Source of the DNA: a virus
Direction: 5' to 3' (one strand)
Length of the DNA stretch: 64,000 nt
Virus record (IMG/VR): IMGVR_UViG_3300041809_000571
Location: 179,841-243,840 of that record
The translations under genes and the position numbers were made by a program. Shown here one piece after another: positions 55,842 to 64,000 of the stretch; position 1 is the stretch's first letter; each line of letters opens with the position of its first letter. Under the pieces are notes generated by a model. That model did not search any database. It worked only from the letters and a program-made list of their open reading frames with translations, and was not told where the DNA came from.

Positions 55842-57656
55842 CTACCAATCCTCCTTGTAATCGCCGGGGAACAGGATGGACTTGCTCCACCACGGGGAGA
55901 ACATCTTGCCCGCTCTCTGAATAAATACTCCAAACTGAGCGTCGATGATGTAGTGCTCGGCCTTATCTTTGTTGTGGCGGACGGTACGTCCGGTCGCCTG
56001 CTGGAGTTTCAGGGCGGTCGTCCAGTTGTACCAGTCGCCGTCACGAGCCATGCGAGCCTTCACGTAGTCGGTCATGAACTCGTAGGGGACCTTGCACACG
56101 ATGCCGAAGCGCCCGAGGTCGTCTTTCAGGTCCAGTCCTTCGGTCATGCTCGGGCTGATGATGACGGTAGGTTCGTTCACCCGGCGCTTATGTTCTTCGA
56201 TGATAAGCTCACGGGTGCCCTTGGGGCTGTTCTCGTCGTGGGTCAGGATGCGGTCACCGAACCCCTGCCGGGTCAGATAGTCCACGATGTACTTGGTGAT
56301 GGCGAACGTGTGGGTATGGATAATCCCCTTGTCGTTGGCGTGCTTACGGAGAATCTTGGCGCACTCGGCAGCGATGAGCGGTTTCGCCGCTTCGATGGTC
56401 TTGCTGGACATATTCGCCACGGGCTTGTAGTAGATGGGACGATTTTCCAGCGGAAAGTCGGAGTCCATGGCGAGCGTCACGGCATCTTCCTTCTTGATGC
56501 CGAGGTTGCGCATGAAGGTGTCGAAGTCCAAAATCGTGGCGGACATCAGGATGACCATATCCGCCTTCGAGAAGAGCAATTTGTCGGCGAACAGGGTAGC
56601 CGTCAAGGGCTTAATGACCATCTTGGCGGGCTGCAAGGGCACGGGCGCTCCGCAGCGGTAGCACTTCTTTCCGGCGAACTTGAACTTGGTGCGGCACTCG
56701 GGGCACGCCTTGGCTTCGGACTCAGACCAAACCATCCAGTCGTTGAAGTTCTCGGACTTGAGGAACAGGTCCAAGGACTGGAGGAAGCGCTCCAGACCGC
56801 CCGCCTTCTTCTTCATTTTGGCGGCGTCCTTCATGAGCTTCTTGTCCCGGAGTTCTTCCGCCTTGCTGGTCAATTCCTGAATGGCGGCGGCGGCGGCGGG
56901 ACGGAAAGTCTCGTTCAGATAGTCCAGAGCCACGCCCCGACCGGCTGCATCCGCCTTGATGAAAGGCAGGGACATGAAGTCGATTCCGACTTCTTCGCAG
57001 CGCCACTTGGTGATTTCAATGTTCGCCAGACCGAGAATTTGCTGCTCGGCGTTATGAGCTTCATCCAGAATCAACATGGTGCGGTCTTTCAACTGACCGA
57101 CAAAGTTGGACTCGGAGAGGTAGTAAGCAAAATTGGTAGTTCCAAGGGGAGTCGCACAAAAAGCCTCTTTCGCCAGCTTGTAGCCGTGGCAACCGCCCTT
57201 TTCAGCGTGCTCGGGGTAGAAGAAGTCCGTCTCTTCGCAGGACATCAGTTCCCCGCCCTCTTCCTCGGGGAAGTGGTAGCCGCAGTTGTAGTTCGCCCGG
57301 CCCTTGAGTTCGGCAAGGCCGTTCTTCTCAAAGTCGCCCATCAACTGAGCCGTCAGGGATTTCTGTGGGGAGCAGTAGTAAGCTCCCGGCTCGAAGTTGC
57401 CAGCAACCCGCACCGTCTTAGCCCAAGAACCAGCCGCCACGCCGATACCGGATTTTCCGCCGCCCGTGGGGATTTCGAGGACGACGTACTTTTTGTGCTC
57501 ACGGTGAGCTTTCTCAATGGCTTGCAGGGCTTCTTCCTGCGCTACCCGGATGGAAGGGAAGGGGAAGTGTTCACGAATCTTGGGGGAGTCGTTCTCGGTG
57601 AAATTCATGACCGGGCGGTCAGCAATTTCGGTGATGATGGCGGGGGAATCTCCCAT
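55842..57656 (-). CDS. SF2 helicase of the DinG/XPD (Rad3) family with an Fe-S-like Cys cluster (604 aa)
   Basis: 'EIPTGGGKSG' (Walker A), four Cys between motifs I and II ('CGYHF...C...C...C'), 'MLILDEAHN' (DEAH), 'QATGRTVRH' (motif VI). Confidence 0.7.
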   Translation of the reverse strand: MGDSPAIITEIADRPVMNFTENDSPKIREHFPFPSIRVAQEEALQAIEKAHREHKKYVVLEIPTGGGKSGIGVAAGSWAKTVRVAGNFEPGAYYCSPQKSLTAQLMGDFEKNGLAELKGRANYNCGYHFPEEEGGELMSCEETDFFYPEHAEKGGCHGYKLAKEAFCATPLGTTNFAYYLSESNFVGQLKDRTMLILDEAHNAEQQILGLANIEITKWRCEEVGIDFMSLPFIKADAAGRGVALDYLNETFRPAAAAAIQELTSKAEELRDKKLMKDAAKMKKKAGGLERFLQSLDLFLKSENFNDWMVWSESEAKACPECRTKFKFAGKKCYRCGAPVPLQPAKMVIKPLTATLFADKLLFSKADMVILMSATILDFDTFMRNLGIKKEDAVTLAMDSDFPLENRPIYYKPVANMSSKTIEAAKPLIAAECAKILRKHANDKGIIHTHTFAITKYIVDYLTRQGFGDRILTHDENSPKGTRELIIEEHKRRVNEPTVIISPSMTEGLDLKDDLGRFGIVCKVPYEFMTDYVKARMARDGDWYNWTTALKLQQATGRTVRHNKDKAEHYIIDAQFGVFIQRAGKMFSPWWSKSILFPGDYKEDW

Positions 57657-57725
57657 AGGTATTTTCTCCTCACTTACAGTATACCACGGGAAATGGGTTT
57701 TGAAAGGATATTTTTCTATACTTTC

Positions 57726-58430
57726 TTAGGAACAGAATGACCGAAAGCAGTCGGAGGTGCAGCTATAATCCCGGATATGCTCCCGCACCAGAACTAGCTG
57801 TTCTTCCTTGGGTAAAACGTCCAAAACGGATTCCATGGTCTGGTAAATCCCCTCCCGGAACTCCGAGGCACCAATTTTGTCCTTTTCCTCAATCTGGATG
57901 CCCAGATAACGCCGGGTGATGTTGACCAGTCGGGAGCAACACTCAGAGCAAAGCATGGGGTCGATACCCTCGCCCGCCGCCTCCCGGAGAAGCACTACGG
58001 CCTCCACCACCCTCTCCTCGGGGTCGTCTATGTGGTTGTAGAGGCAGAACAACTTGGCAACGACCTTCTGTCGTGGTTTAAGGGTATCCCACGAGGGAGC
58101 GGACTTGGCGGCGACCTCCGCCATTACGTCGCCGTACATGCCCTCGGTCTTCATCCAGCGCTCACTGGCGGCAAGCTCCTCCGGGGCGGCGGAGATGTAC
58201 CGGCTCAACCGGCGCTCCTTCTCCTTGAAGACCAGTCTCGGGGAGCAGGCGGCTAATCCGGCTGGACCGATGCAGCAGAGGTGGAGTTGGCAGTAGGGAA
58301 TCTTCTGGAGAGTCTGACGGTCGAACTTCTTCCCCGAGGCGATAAGCCCCGGCAACGCCTCCTTGAAATCCATGGAGGGAATGACGGTATCAACTTCGAC
58401 TTTGAGCGGACTGGAAATAGTGAACTCCAT
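57726..58430 (-). CDS. hypothetical Cys-rich protein (start refined to MEFTISS)
   Basis: ORF; CAGTATTATCTCCT-ATG upstream. Confidence 0.45.
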   Translation of the reverse strand: MEFTISSPLKVEVDTVIPSMDFKEALPGLIASGKKFDRQTLQKIPYCQLHLCCIGPAGLAACSPRLVFKEKERRLSRYISAAPEELAASERWMKTEGMYGDVMAEVAAKSAPSWDTLKPRQKVVAKLFCLYNHIDDPEERVVEAVVLLREAAGEGIDPMLCSECCSRLVNITRRYLGIQIEEKDKIGASEFREGIYQTMESVLDVLPKEEQLVLVREHIRDYSCTSDCFRSFCS

Positions 58431-58447
58431 AGGAGATAATACTGACT

Positions 58448-60742
58448 CTACTGACCTATGACGGTCCACAGTGAGCCATTGCTCCAAACCAGCACGGTGA
58501 AACCACCGGAGCCATTGGCAGTGCCGCCCCAACTGTTTACACCACTGTTGTTGACCGCTGCGATACGCCCCGCCTGTCCCACCGCTGACCCGAGGGAAGC
58601 AAAAGGCACGGGAGTAATGGGGGAGCCGCTGACCGGTCCGGTCGCACCGAGAGGTCCGGTATACCCCGTAAAATTACCGGGACCCGTTGGTCCGGTCGGA
58701 CCTACCGGACCCGTAGACCCGATAGCTCCCGGTCCAATGGAGATGATGTTGAAGTTCCCTTGGTTAATCGTTAGGGTAACAGAGCCGGTAGAGGTGCAAC
58801 GGGCAAAGATGGTGAAGTAGTCTCCATCTGCCATGCTGTCGATACCGGAGATGGCAAAGGCTATCTGTTCCGTGGTGCTATCTTCGAGAACATCAACCTC
58901 GTGCTCGGTGAGGATAGAGCCATTCTTAAACACCGCCAGTTGGTAGGTTTGATTGGCGGTGCTTACGGTGAGTGAGCCGGTAAAGAAAGTATCGCAACCG
59001 ATAGCGGGCAGACCCGTGGTACAGGTCAAAGTTTGAGTACCGCTGGTATTCCCAGTCATGTTGGAAAGCTGCCCGAGTGTCCAGTTGACTACCTGATACC
59101 ATGTTCCCTGATTTGTTAAAGACACAATCTCACTGGCGATGGTCATTTCGCCATAAGCAGAGGCTCCCTGCGGTCCTGTATAACCTGTGTAGCCGGTGAA
59201 ACCCGTGGGTCCAGTATAACCTGAGTAACCAGTTGGTCCTGAGTAACCCGTGGCTCCGGTATAACCTGTGAAATTACCCGGACCCGTGTAGCCAGTTGGA
59301 CCGGTGATATTGGGACCTGTGTAACCAGTGTAACCTGTGAAATTACCCGGTCCGGTATAACCCGTGTAACCACTGTAACCTGTAGGTCCACTCGGTCCAA
59401 TACCGGTGGTAGCGACGTTAAAGTTGGCTTGAGTAACGGTTAGAGAAACGGCGTTGGACGTGGTGCAACGAGCAAAGATAGCGAACGTATCGTTGTTCGC
59501 CATGGTATCAAGTCCCGACAAGGAGACGGGGTAAGTAAGAGCAGGGGCACCACCACCGTTGGGGGTAATGTTAACTGTCTGGTCAACCAACTGAGAACCA
59601 TTTTTGTATACGGATAGTTGGTATGTCTGAGAACCAGCGGAGACAGTTACGCTGCCGGTAAAATGTACCCTGCAAGTCAAAGCTGCAAGACCGGTGGTGC
59701 AAGTCAATGTAGCAGCGGACGAGGTATTTCCCGTCATGTTCTGGAAGAGACTTCCCAATGTCCAGTTGACTACCTGATACCAAGTATTTTGGGTGGTGAG
59801 GGTTGTGGCAGTGGCATTCGTTTGAATGCTCATCTCACCATAAGCAACAGGACCGACAGGTCCCGTGTAACCGGTGTATCCTGAGTAACCAGAAGGTCCG
59901 GTGTAACCGGAATAGCCCGTAGGCCCGGTGTAACCTGTAAAAGAGCCGGGACCAGTATAACCTGTGTAGCCTGTAGCCCCGGTGGAACCCGTGGGTCCCG
60001 TATAACCTGTGTAGCCTGTATGGCTGGGTCCAGTGTATCCAGTGTAACCCGTAAAATTGCCCGGACCAGTCGGCCCCGTGGGACCGGTATAGCCGGAATA
60101 CCCGCTGTAACCTGTGGCACCAGTAGCCGCCGCCGTTCCCGCCGCTCCGGTATAGCCGGTGTATCCTGTATATCCTGAGAAACCCGTGAAATTACCCGGC
60201 CCAGTTGGACCAGTATACCCGGAGTAACCCGTGTAACCAGAGGGACCTATGGGTCCTGTATAGCCTGTGAAATTACCGGGGCCTGTGTAGCCCGTGTATC
60301 CTGAGTAACCGGTGGGACCAGAAAATCCCGTGTACCCTGAGTAACCTGTAAAATTTCCGGGGCCGGTATATCCTGTGTAACCACTTGGTCCAGTATAACC
60401 GCTTGGTCCCGTATATCCAGAGTAACCTGTAAAATTTCCGGGTCCGGTGTATCCGGTATATCCGCTGGGGCCGGTAGGACCGGTATATCCTGTGAAATTA
60501 CCGGGACCAGTTGGTCCCGTGGCACCGGAGGAGGCGTACTGCGCCCACCATGTGGGAGAAATGTCGGGCTGATTTCCTGAGTTGTTGTCAAGGAGGGATA
60601 TCCAGAGAGAGCCGCCGTAGCTGGCAACATTGCCCCCAAGATAGACGGCACTGATACTCCACGTCCCTACGAAGGTGACGACGAGTCCCTCTACGGAGTC
60701 GATGAGTTTGGAAACCGGATTGAATACACAGACAAGTGCCAT
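58448..60742 (-). CDS. Collagen-like repeat fibre protein (764 aa). Three G-X-Y triple-helix regions separated by two homologous ~145-aa globular domains; BclA-like tail fibre or decoration protein.
   Basis: aa 73-299, 447-528 and 670-714 are pure G-X-Y ([19 protein letters not shown]). The two non-collagen domains share '...AYGEM.I...[11 protein letters not shown]...NMTGNTS...TLTCTTGL...YQL.V.KNGS...FAIFARCT...'. Confidence 0.8.
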   Translation of the reverse strand: MALVCVFNPVSKLIDSVEGLVVTFVGTWSISAVYLGGNVASYGGSLWISLLDNNSGNQPDISPTWWAQYASSGATGPTGPGNFTGYTGPTGPSGYTGYTGPGNFTGYSGYTGPSGYTGPSGYTGYTGPGNFTGYSGYTGFSGPTGYSGYTGYTGPGNFTGYTGPIGPSGYTGYSGYTGPTGPGNFTGFSGYTGYTGYTGAAGTAAATGATGYSGYSGYTGPTGPTGPGNFTGYTGYTGPSHTGYTGYTGPTGSTGATGYTGYTGPGSFTGYTGPTGYSGYTGPSGYSGYTGYTGPVGPVAYGEMSIQTNATATTLTTQNTWYQVVNWTLGSLFQNMTGNTSSAATLTCTTGLAALTCRVHFTGSVTVSAGSQTYQLSVYKNGSQLVDQTVNITPNGGGAPALTYPVSLSGLDTMANNDTFAIFARCTTSNAVSLTVTQANFNVATTGIGPSGPTGYSGYTGYTGPGNFTGYTGYTGPNITGPTGYTGPGNFTGYTGATGYSGPTGYSGYTGPTGFTGYTGYTGPQGASAYGEMTIASEIVSLTNQGTWYQVVNWTLGQLSNMTGNTSGTQTLTCTTGLPAIGCDTFFTGSLTVSTANQTYQLAVFKNGSILTEHEVDVLEDSTTEQIAFAISGIDSMADGDYFTIFARCTSTGSVTLTINQGNFNIISIGPGAIGSTGPVGPTGPTGPGNFTGYTGPLGATGPVSGSPITPVPFASLGSAVGQAGRIAAVNNSGVNSWGGTANGSGGFTVLVWSNGSLWTVIGQ
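59846..60526 (-). repeat. Collagen-like G-X-Y triplet-repeat coding region 1 (227 aa). Regions 2 (59159-59404) and 3 (58601-58735) are shorter.
   Basis: Periodic GGN-NNN-NNN codon structure; the motif [10 protein letters not shown] recurs about 12 times. Confidence 0.8.
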
Positions 60743-60778
60743 GCCTTAGCCCTCAATTAAGAGGGCTATAGGCAGGTT

Positions 60779-63700
60779 TTACGTTGCGGTGGGAGTTTCT
60801 TCCAATTTTTTGAGTTCTTCGGCAAGGATAGCCCGGTCGGAATCCACCTGTGACCAACCCTTCCGGTAGACATCATCCATCACCTGAGTTTTGCTGAAAT
60901 GGTGATGAACTATCGTTGCCGTCTCAGAGTGGAGCGCCTGACCCAGCTTCTTGGCCTTTGCCCACAAGAGATTATCCACGCCGACGTGGTGGAACTTTTC
61001 GGAGAAAATTTCTCCCAGCTTCAAATACAAGTCCCGGCTGATGAGGAAATGCTCACAGATGTTGCCCTCATCCGGGTAGACCGGTCCGGCATTGAAAGAC
61101 ACTAGACCCTTGACAAAGGGATAATGCGGCGGGGTCTCGAAGGGATGAGCCTTGGGTGGGTTGCCCTGCCCTTCCTTGACCGCCCGGTACACGCACCATG
61201 GGTCGAACTCCATATCATTGGCCGCATACACGTAAGCGTCAAAATCCGGGTTGGCGGCGGCGAGCCGGTTGACCTTCTGACTTACCGTGCCCTCGCCTTC
61301 ATCCACAAACGCCTGAATCAGATGCTTGGGGTAGTAAAGGTGGTCCACCGACTCTAAGCACCTCTGGAGGCCCTCCGGGCGTCCCAGCGAGGGTATTAGG
61401 ACAGCGACACGGGGAAGGAAGTCCCGAGTGTAATCTTCCTTAATCCACGCTTTGGCGAAATGGTGGAAAGCCACGGTATCATCCCGTACATCAATCTCCC
61501 CATTCTGATGATTGTAGGGACAGAAGACATGAGCGGGAAGAATTTTGACCGTCAAGTCTGAGGGTGCTGCACTGCTTATCCTTGGAGTGAGGATTTCCTG
61601 TGCTGCTTGGAAAATGTAGTCATCATCACCCTTGAACTTGGCCTCCACTTCGGCGAGATGTTCCGCAAGGATGGGATGACCTTTCTTCGCCCCGATAAGG
61701 CTGTTGGCGATAAAGCCGTTGTCTTCCCGGCAAACGAAGAACGAGTTGCCAAGCAAATGGTTGAAATTCCTGTCCGGCAGGATTTCCATGTCGGAATCGA
61801 CATAGATGCCGCCGTACTCCTTCAACCACCAGATACGCAGGTAGTCCGCTGCCTTGACCCATTTCTTGGCAGCAATGGCAGCGTCCAGATAAGGAATGCC
61901 CTCGGGACAATCAGCTAATCCCAAGACCTTGTGTTCATAGCCGGGAATCTGCTGACTCTTGACGCACTTCTCTACGAGCGGCGGCAAGCCTTCCTTCTCT
62001 GACAACCAGATAGTGAAAATGCTCTTGGGGATGTACTGCTTTTGCTCGGGGAGCAGGTCGGCGTACAGTTCCAAAAGCTCTCTCTGTGGGGCTTGTAAAG
62101 TCCGGGTCTGCCCGAGGAAAATGGGGTCGAAGCTGGAGCCGGTATCGAGGCAGCAGATATCTTTCTCCGCCGTGAGGGCGTCAGCAATGAGCACCTTACT
62201 TATCAACCCGCAACTGAACATGAAGATGCCGTGGGTGTGAACCTTGGATAATACAGCATCCTTGATTTCCTTGTACTTGCTCCACGCATCATGCTCGGGC
62301 ACTTCGATAAGTTCGGCGTTGAGCATGTCGGCGGCACCCTGCAATTTCGCCGGGGCGATGAGAAACTTCTGCGCTCCACTCTCCTTGATGGCCTTGTAGA
62401 AGTTGTGCAAGCCACGGTTGTTAAGTTCCCGGTTTTCCCGGTGCAGAAGCAACCGTCCATCATTCTCACCTTCCAAGTAATCGTGCCAGTTGGTGATGTA
62501 GATATCCCCATCCAACTTGGTGATGGTGTCGTAAGCTTTGCGCAGGGCATAGTTGATGTCATACGAGTAGGGCTGGCCGTCAACCGTTGCTCCCTCTACG
62601 CACTCCATGCACTGCTGTTCGCCGTCGTTGAATTTCACAAAGCTAAAGAAAGGACTGCGCTCTTCTCCCAACACTCGTTCAATGAGTTCCCGGATGCCGG
62701 TGGGATAATTCCCCTTGATTTCCGGGATAGGAATGGCGGGGGTATACCAGATGCTCTCCGCCTTGTAGGTGCGATGGCAGCACTCGTCCACGGCTTGACA
62801 CACACCCATCCATGTTTGTGGCATGTAGTCATGACCGGAGAAGATGACCTTGGCAAGCGGACGCCAGAGTTCGATGTCTCGTTTCACTTCCTCGTAAGTA
62901 TGACCGGCGTCGATAAACACCATGTCAAATGTGCGTCCCTCGGCCCGGAACTTCTCCGCTGCCGCTGCGCTCTCCATCTGACAGATTTCGAGGTTCTTGA
63001 ACTCCCCGACGTTTTTCTTGAACTCGCCGAGGACATCCTCCTGCTTTGCCATGGCATTGGTTTGGTCACGGGGGTCAACCGAGCCTCTCCATGTATCCAC
63101 AGCAGTTAGCTGGCCCTTGCCGTTCAAGCCGGAAAGCAAAGCGTGGGTGGACCGGCCCTTCCAGCTACCTAATTCGAGAATGGTTTGGATTTCTTCCCGT
63201 TGTGCCTGATGGTACAGCCACTCAAGCTCGCCGTGGGTCATCCACCCTTGGATTCCCCCGCCGTCTGCGGCTTGACCTCCTCCGGGCATTTGATAGTCAT
63301 ATTTGGTCGGCTCGTAGAACTGCTTGTCGGCAAGATACTTGGGGTTAGTCGGGTCGTAGGCGAACGCCTTCCTCCAGTGTTCTTTCGACCTCTCCCGGTC
63401 GCCCAACCACCAGAGCGCCCAGTAAAGTTTTTCATGCGGCTCATACGTGTAATGCGCTCCCACGTTACAATAGCAATCGTTAGGTGGGATTTCCAAAGCA
63501 GCCATGCAGTAGCAGGCTACCCGCTGCGGATTGTTCTTCTTCCAGTAATAATCCGCCAGACGAAGCCACGGCTCACGCCGGGTATCATCTATTTGGATGG
63601 CTTTGTGCCAAGATTCGATGCCCTTGTCATCCTCCCCCAGTTGCATGTGGGCGTCCCCGATGAAAATCATGGACTGCCCCCGCTCCTGCTGCCAGCGGTT

Positions 63701-64000
63701 CATGTTGACATGCCGGGTGAGTTCTTTGATGGCTGACCGGGGATGACCGTTCCAGATAAGCTCCCGTCCGAGGTAGTGGCTGTTGCGGTCGTTATCCTGA
63801 TTGAGGTAGCAATCGAGGGACAGACCGGCGAGGTAGCGGGTGCGGTGGGTCTGCGGGGCTTGGAAGTGTTCCAAGAGAAGCACGGTGGGCGGCAGATAGG
63901 TGCGCTTGGCGTTGCCTGCCAGAACCTCATGCACGATGCCTTGCCAGTGCATGATACGCCGGTCATACATCTTGCATTGCCGGAACTGAACAGCGGGCTG
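60779..64000 (-). CDS. Multi-domain glycosylation enzyme, N-terminally truncated by the window edge (more than 1063 aa): TPR repeats + class I SAM methyltransferase + DXD sugar-binding GT (Gly_transf_sug-like) + GT2-like domain
   Basis: TPR-like 'AIQIDDTRREPWLRLADYYWKK...CYCMAALEI'; MT 'ILELGSWKGRST...TAVDTWRG...FDMVFIDAGHTYEEV'; 'YLRIWWLKEYGGIYVDSDMEILPD' (DXD); 'VAVLIPSLGRPEGLQRCLESV' (GT2). The frame stays open through coordinate 64000. Confidence 0.65.
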   Translation of the reverse strand, partial: QPAVQFRQCKMYDRRIMHWQGIVHEVLAGNAKRTYLPPTVLLLEHFQAPQTHRTRYLAGLSLDCYLNQDNDRNSHYLGRELIWNGHPRSAIKELTRHVNMNRWQQERGQSMIFIGDAHMQLGEDDKGIESWHKAIQIDDTRREPWLRLADYYWKKNNPQRVACYCMAALEIPPNDCYCNVGAHYTYEPHEKLYWALWWLGDRERSKEHWRKAFAYDPTNPKYLADKQFYEPTKYDYQMPGGGQAADGGGIQGWMTHGELEWLYHQAQREEIQTILELGSWKGRSTHALLSGLNGKGQLTAVDTWRGSVDPRDQTNAMAKQEDVLGEFKKNVGEFKNLEICQMESAAAAEKFRAEGRTFDMVFIDAGHTYEEVKRDIELWRPLAKVIFSGHDYMPQTWMGVCQAVDECCHRTYKAESIWYTPAIPIPEIKGNYPTGIRELIERVLGEERSPFFSFVKFNDGEQQCMECVEGATVDGQPYSYDINYALRKAYDTITKLDGDIYITNWHDYLEGENDGRLLLHRENRELNNRGLHNFYKAIKESGAQKFLIAPAKLQGAADMLNAELIEVPEHDAWSKYKEIKDAVLSKVHTHGIFMFSCGLISKVLIADALTAEKDICCLDTGSSFDPIFLGQTRTLQAPQRELLELYADLLPEQKQYIPKSIFTIWLSEKEGLPPLVEKCVKSQQIPGYEHKVLGLADCPEGIPYLDAAIAAKKWVKAADYLRIWWLKEYGGIYVDSDMEILPDRNFNHLLGNSFFVCREDNGFIANSLIGAKKGHPILAEHLAEVEAKFKGDDDYIFQAAQEILTPRISSAAPSDLTVKILPAHVFCPYNHQNGEIDVRDDTVAFHHFAKAWIKEDYTRDFLPRVAVLIPSLGRPEGLQRCLESVDHLYYPKHLIQAFVDEGEGTVSQKVNRLAAANPDFDAYVYAANDMEFDPWCVYRAVKEGQGNPPKAHPFETPPHYPFVKGLVSFNAGPVYPDEGNICEHFLISRDLYLKLGEIFSEKFHHVGVDNLLWAKAKKLGQALHSETATIVHHHFSKTQVMDDVYRKGWSQVDSDRAILAEELKKLEETPTAT

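Noticed and set aside
55794-57740. 648-aa plus-strand ORF, plus many other long antisense ORFs (796-1467, 5389-5985, 6007-6633, 8436-9359, 10409-10978, 11179-11769, 38289-38930, 40962-41612, 44056-44745, 45391-45915, 62291-63109, 63185-63736 and others)
   Set aside because: Each lies fully inside and opposite a longer ORF with clear domain motifs (helicase, polymerase, RecA-like and so on). Their translations are low-complexity and rich in R/G/P/S, as expected for antisense frames of GC-balanced coding DNA.
58601-60526. Highly periodic repeats that might be mistaken for a CRISPR array or a non-coding tandem repeat
   Set aside because: The 9-nt periodicity is G-X-Y collagen coding inside a single intact 764-aa ORF. 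There are no repeat-spacer units and no cas genes.
1-64000. Search for tRNA, rRNA and tmRNA genes in the intergenic spaces
   Set aside because: Intergenic gaps are no more than ~170 bp, and none shows a T-loop GTTCRANYC with an acceptor-stem arrangement. No RNA genes can be supported by eye.

Overview
This window reads as a contiguous stretch of a large double-stranded DNA phage genome, probably a jumbo or myovirus-like phage. It is densely coding (about 95%). Almost every gene is on the minus strand, except two short plus-strand islands at 8049-9873 and 15383-16967. I see no rRNA, tRNA or CRISPR array.

Modules that can be recognised:
- Coordinates 1-6639: an operon with a partial ADP-ribosyltransferase-like gene running off the window start, plus a 2048-aa multi-domain 'polyvalent' protein carrying a GNAT acetyltransferase, an HExxH zinc peptidase, a papain-like Cys peptidase and two tandem copies of a roughly 160-aa domain.
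- A pyrophosphatase-like protein; a metallophosphoesterase with an HNH endonuclease on the opposite strand; a SAM methyltransferase with a GT1 glycosyltransferase.
- A plus-strand early-gene cluster of small zinc-ribbon proteins.
- A membrane coiled-coil protein and a KOW (NusG-like) protein.
- A replication and recombination block: clamp loader (DnaX-like), Nudix-like protein, DnaG-type primase catalytic core, primase zinc-binding domain encoded 17 kb away, family-A DNA polymerase (1386 aa with large extensions), RecA/UvsX-like recombinase, RuvC-like resolvase, HU-like protein, DinG/XPD-like helicase, a J-domain protein, and what looks like a split Rad50-like ATPase.
- Structural genes: a 1423-aa tail-fibre-like protein with a C-terminal fibronectin type III domain, a GIY-YIG homing endonuclease inserted next to a putative portal protein, and a 764-aa collagen-like (G-X-Y repeat) fibre protein.
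- Immediately upstream of the fibre gene, a multi-domain enzyme of more than 1060 aa (TPR, SAM methyltransferase and two glycosyltransferase domains) that runs off the window end.

Two families of short conserved promoter-like motifs sit directly upstream of many start codons: TGGTATACTGTAAGTGGAGG and CAGTATTATA.

The candidates I rate most interesting:
- the injected-toxin-like polyvalent protein plus the ADP-ribosyltransferase operon;
- a possible fibre-glycosylation system (the collagen-like protein, rich in N-x-T sequons, next to the TPR/MT/GT enzyme);
- split versions of the primase and of a Rad50-like ATPase;
- cassettes of tightly coupled small genes that may be host-takeover or anti-defence genes.
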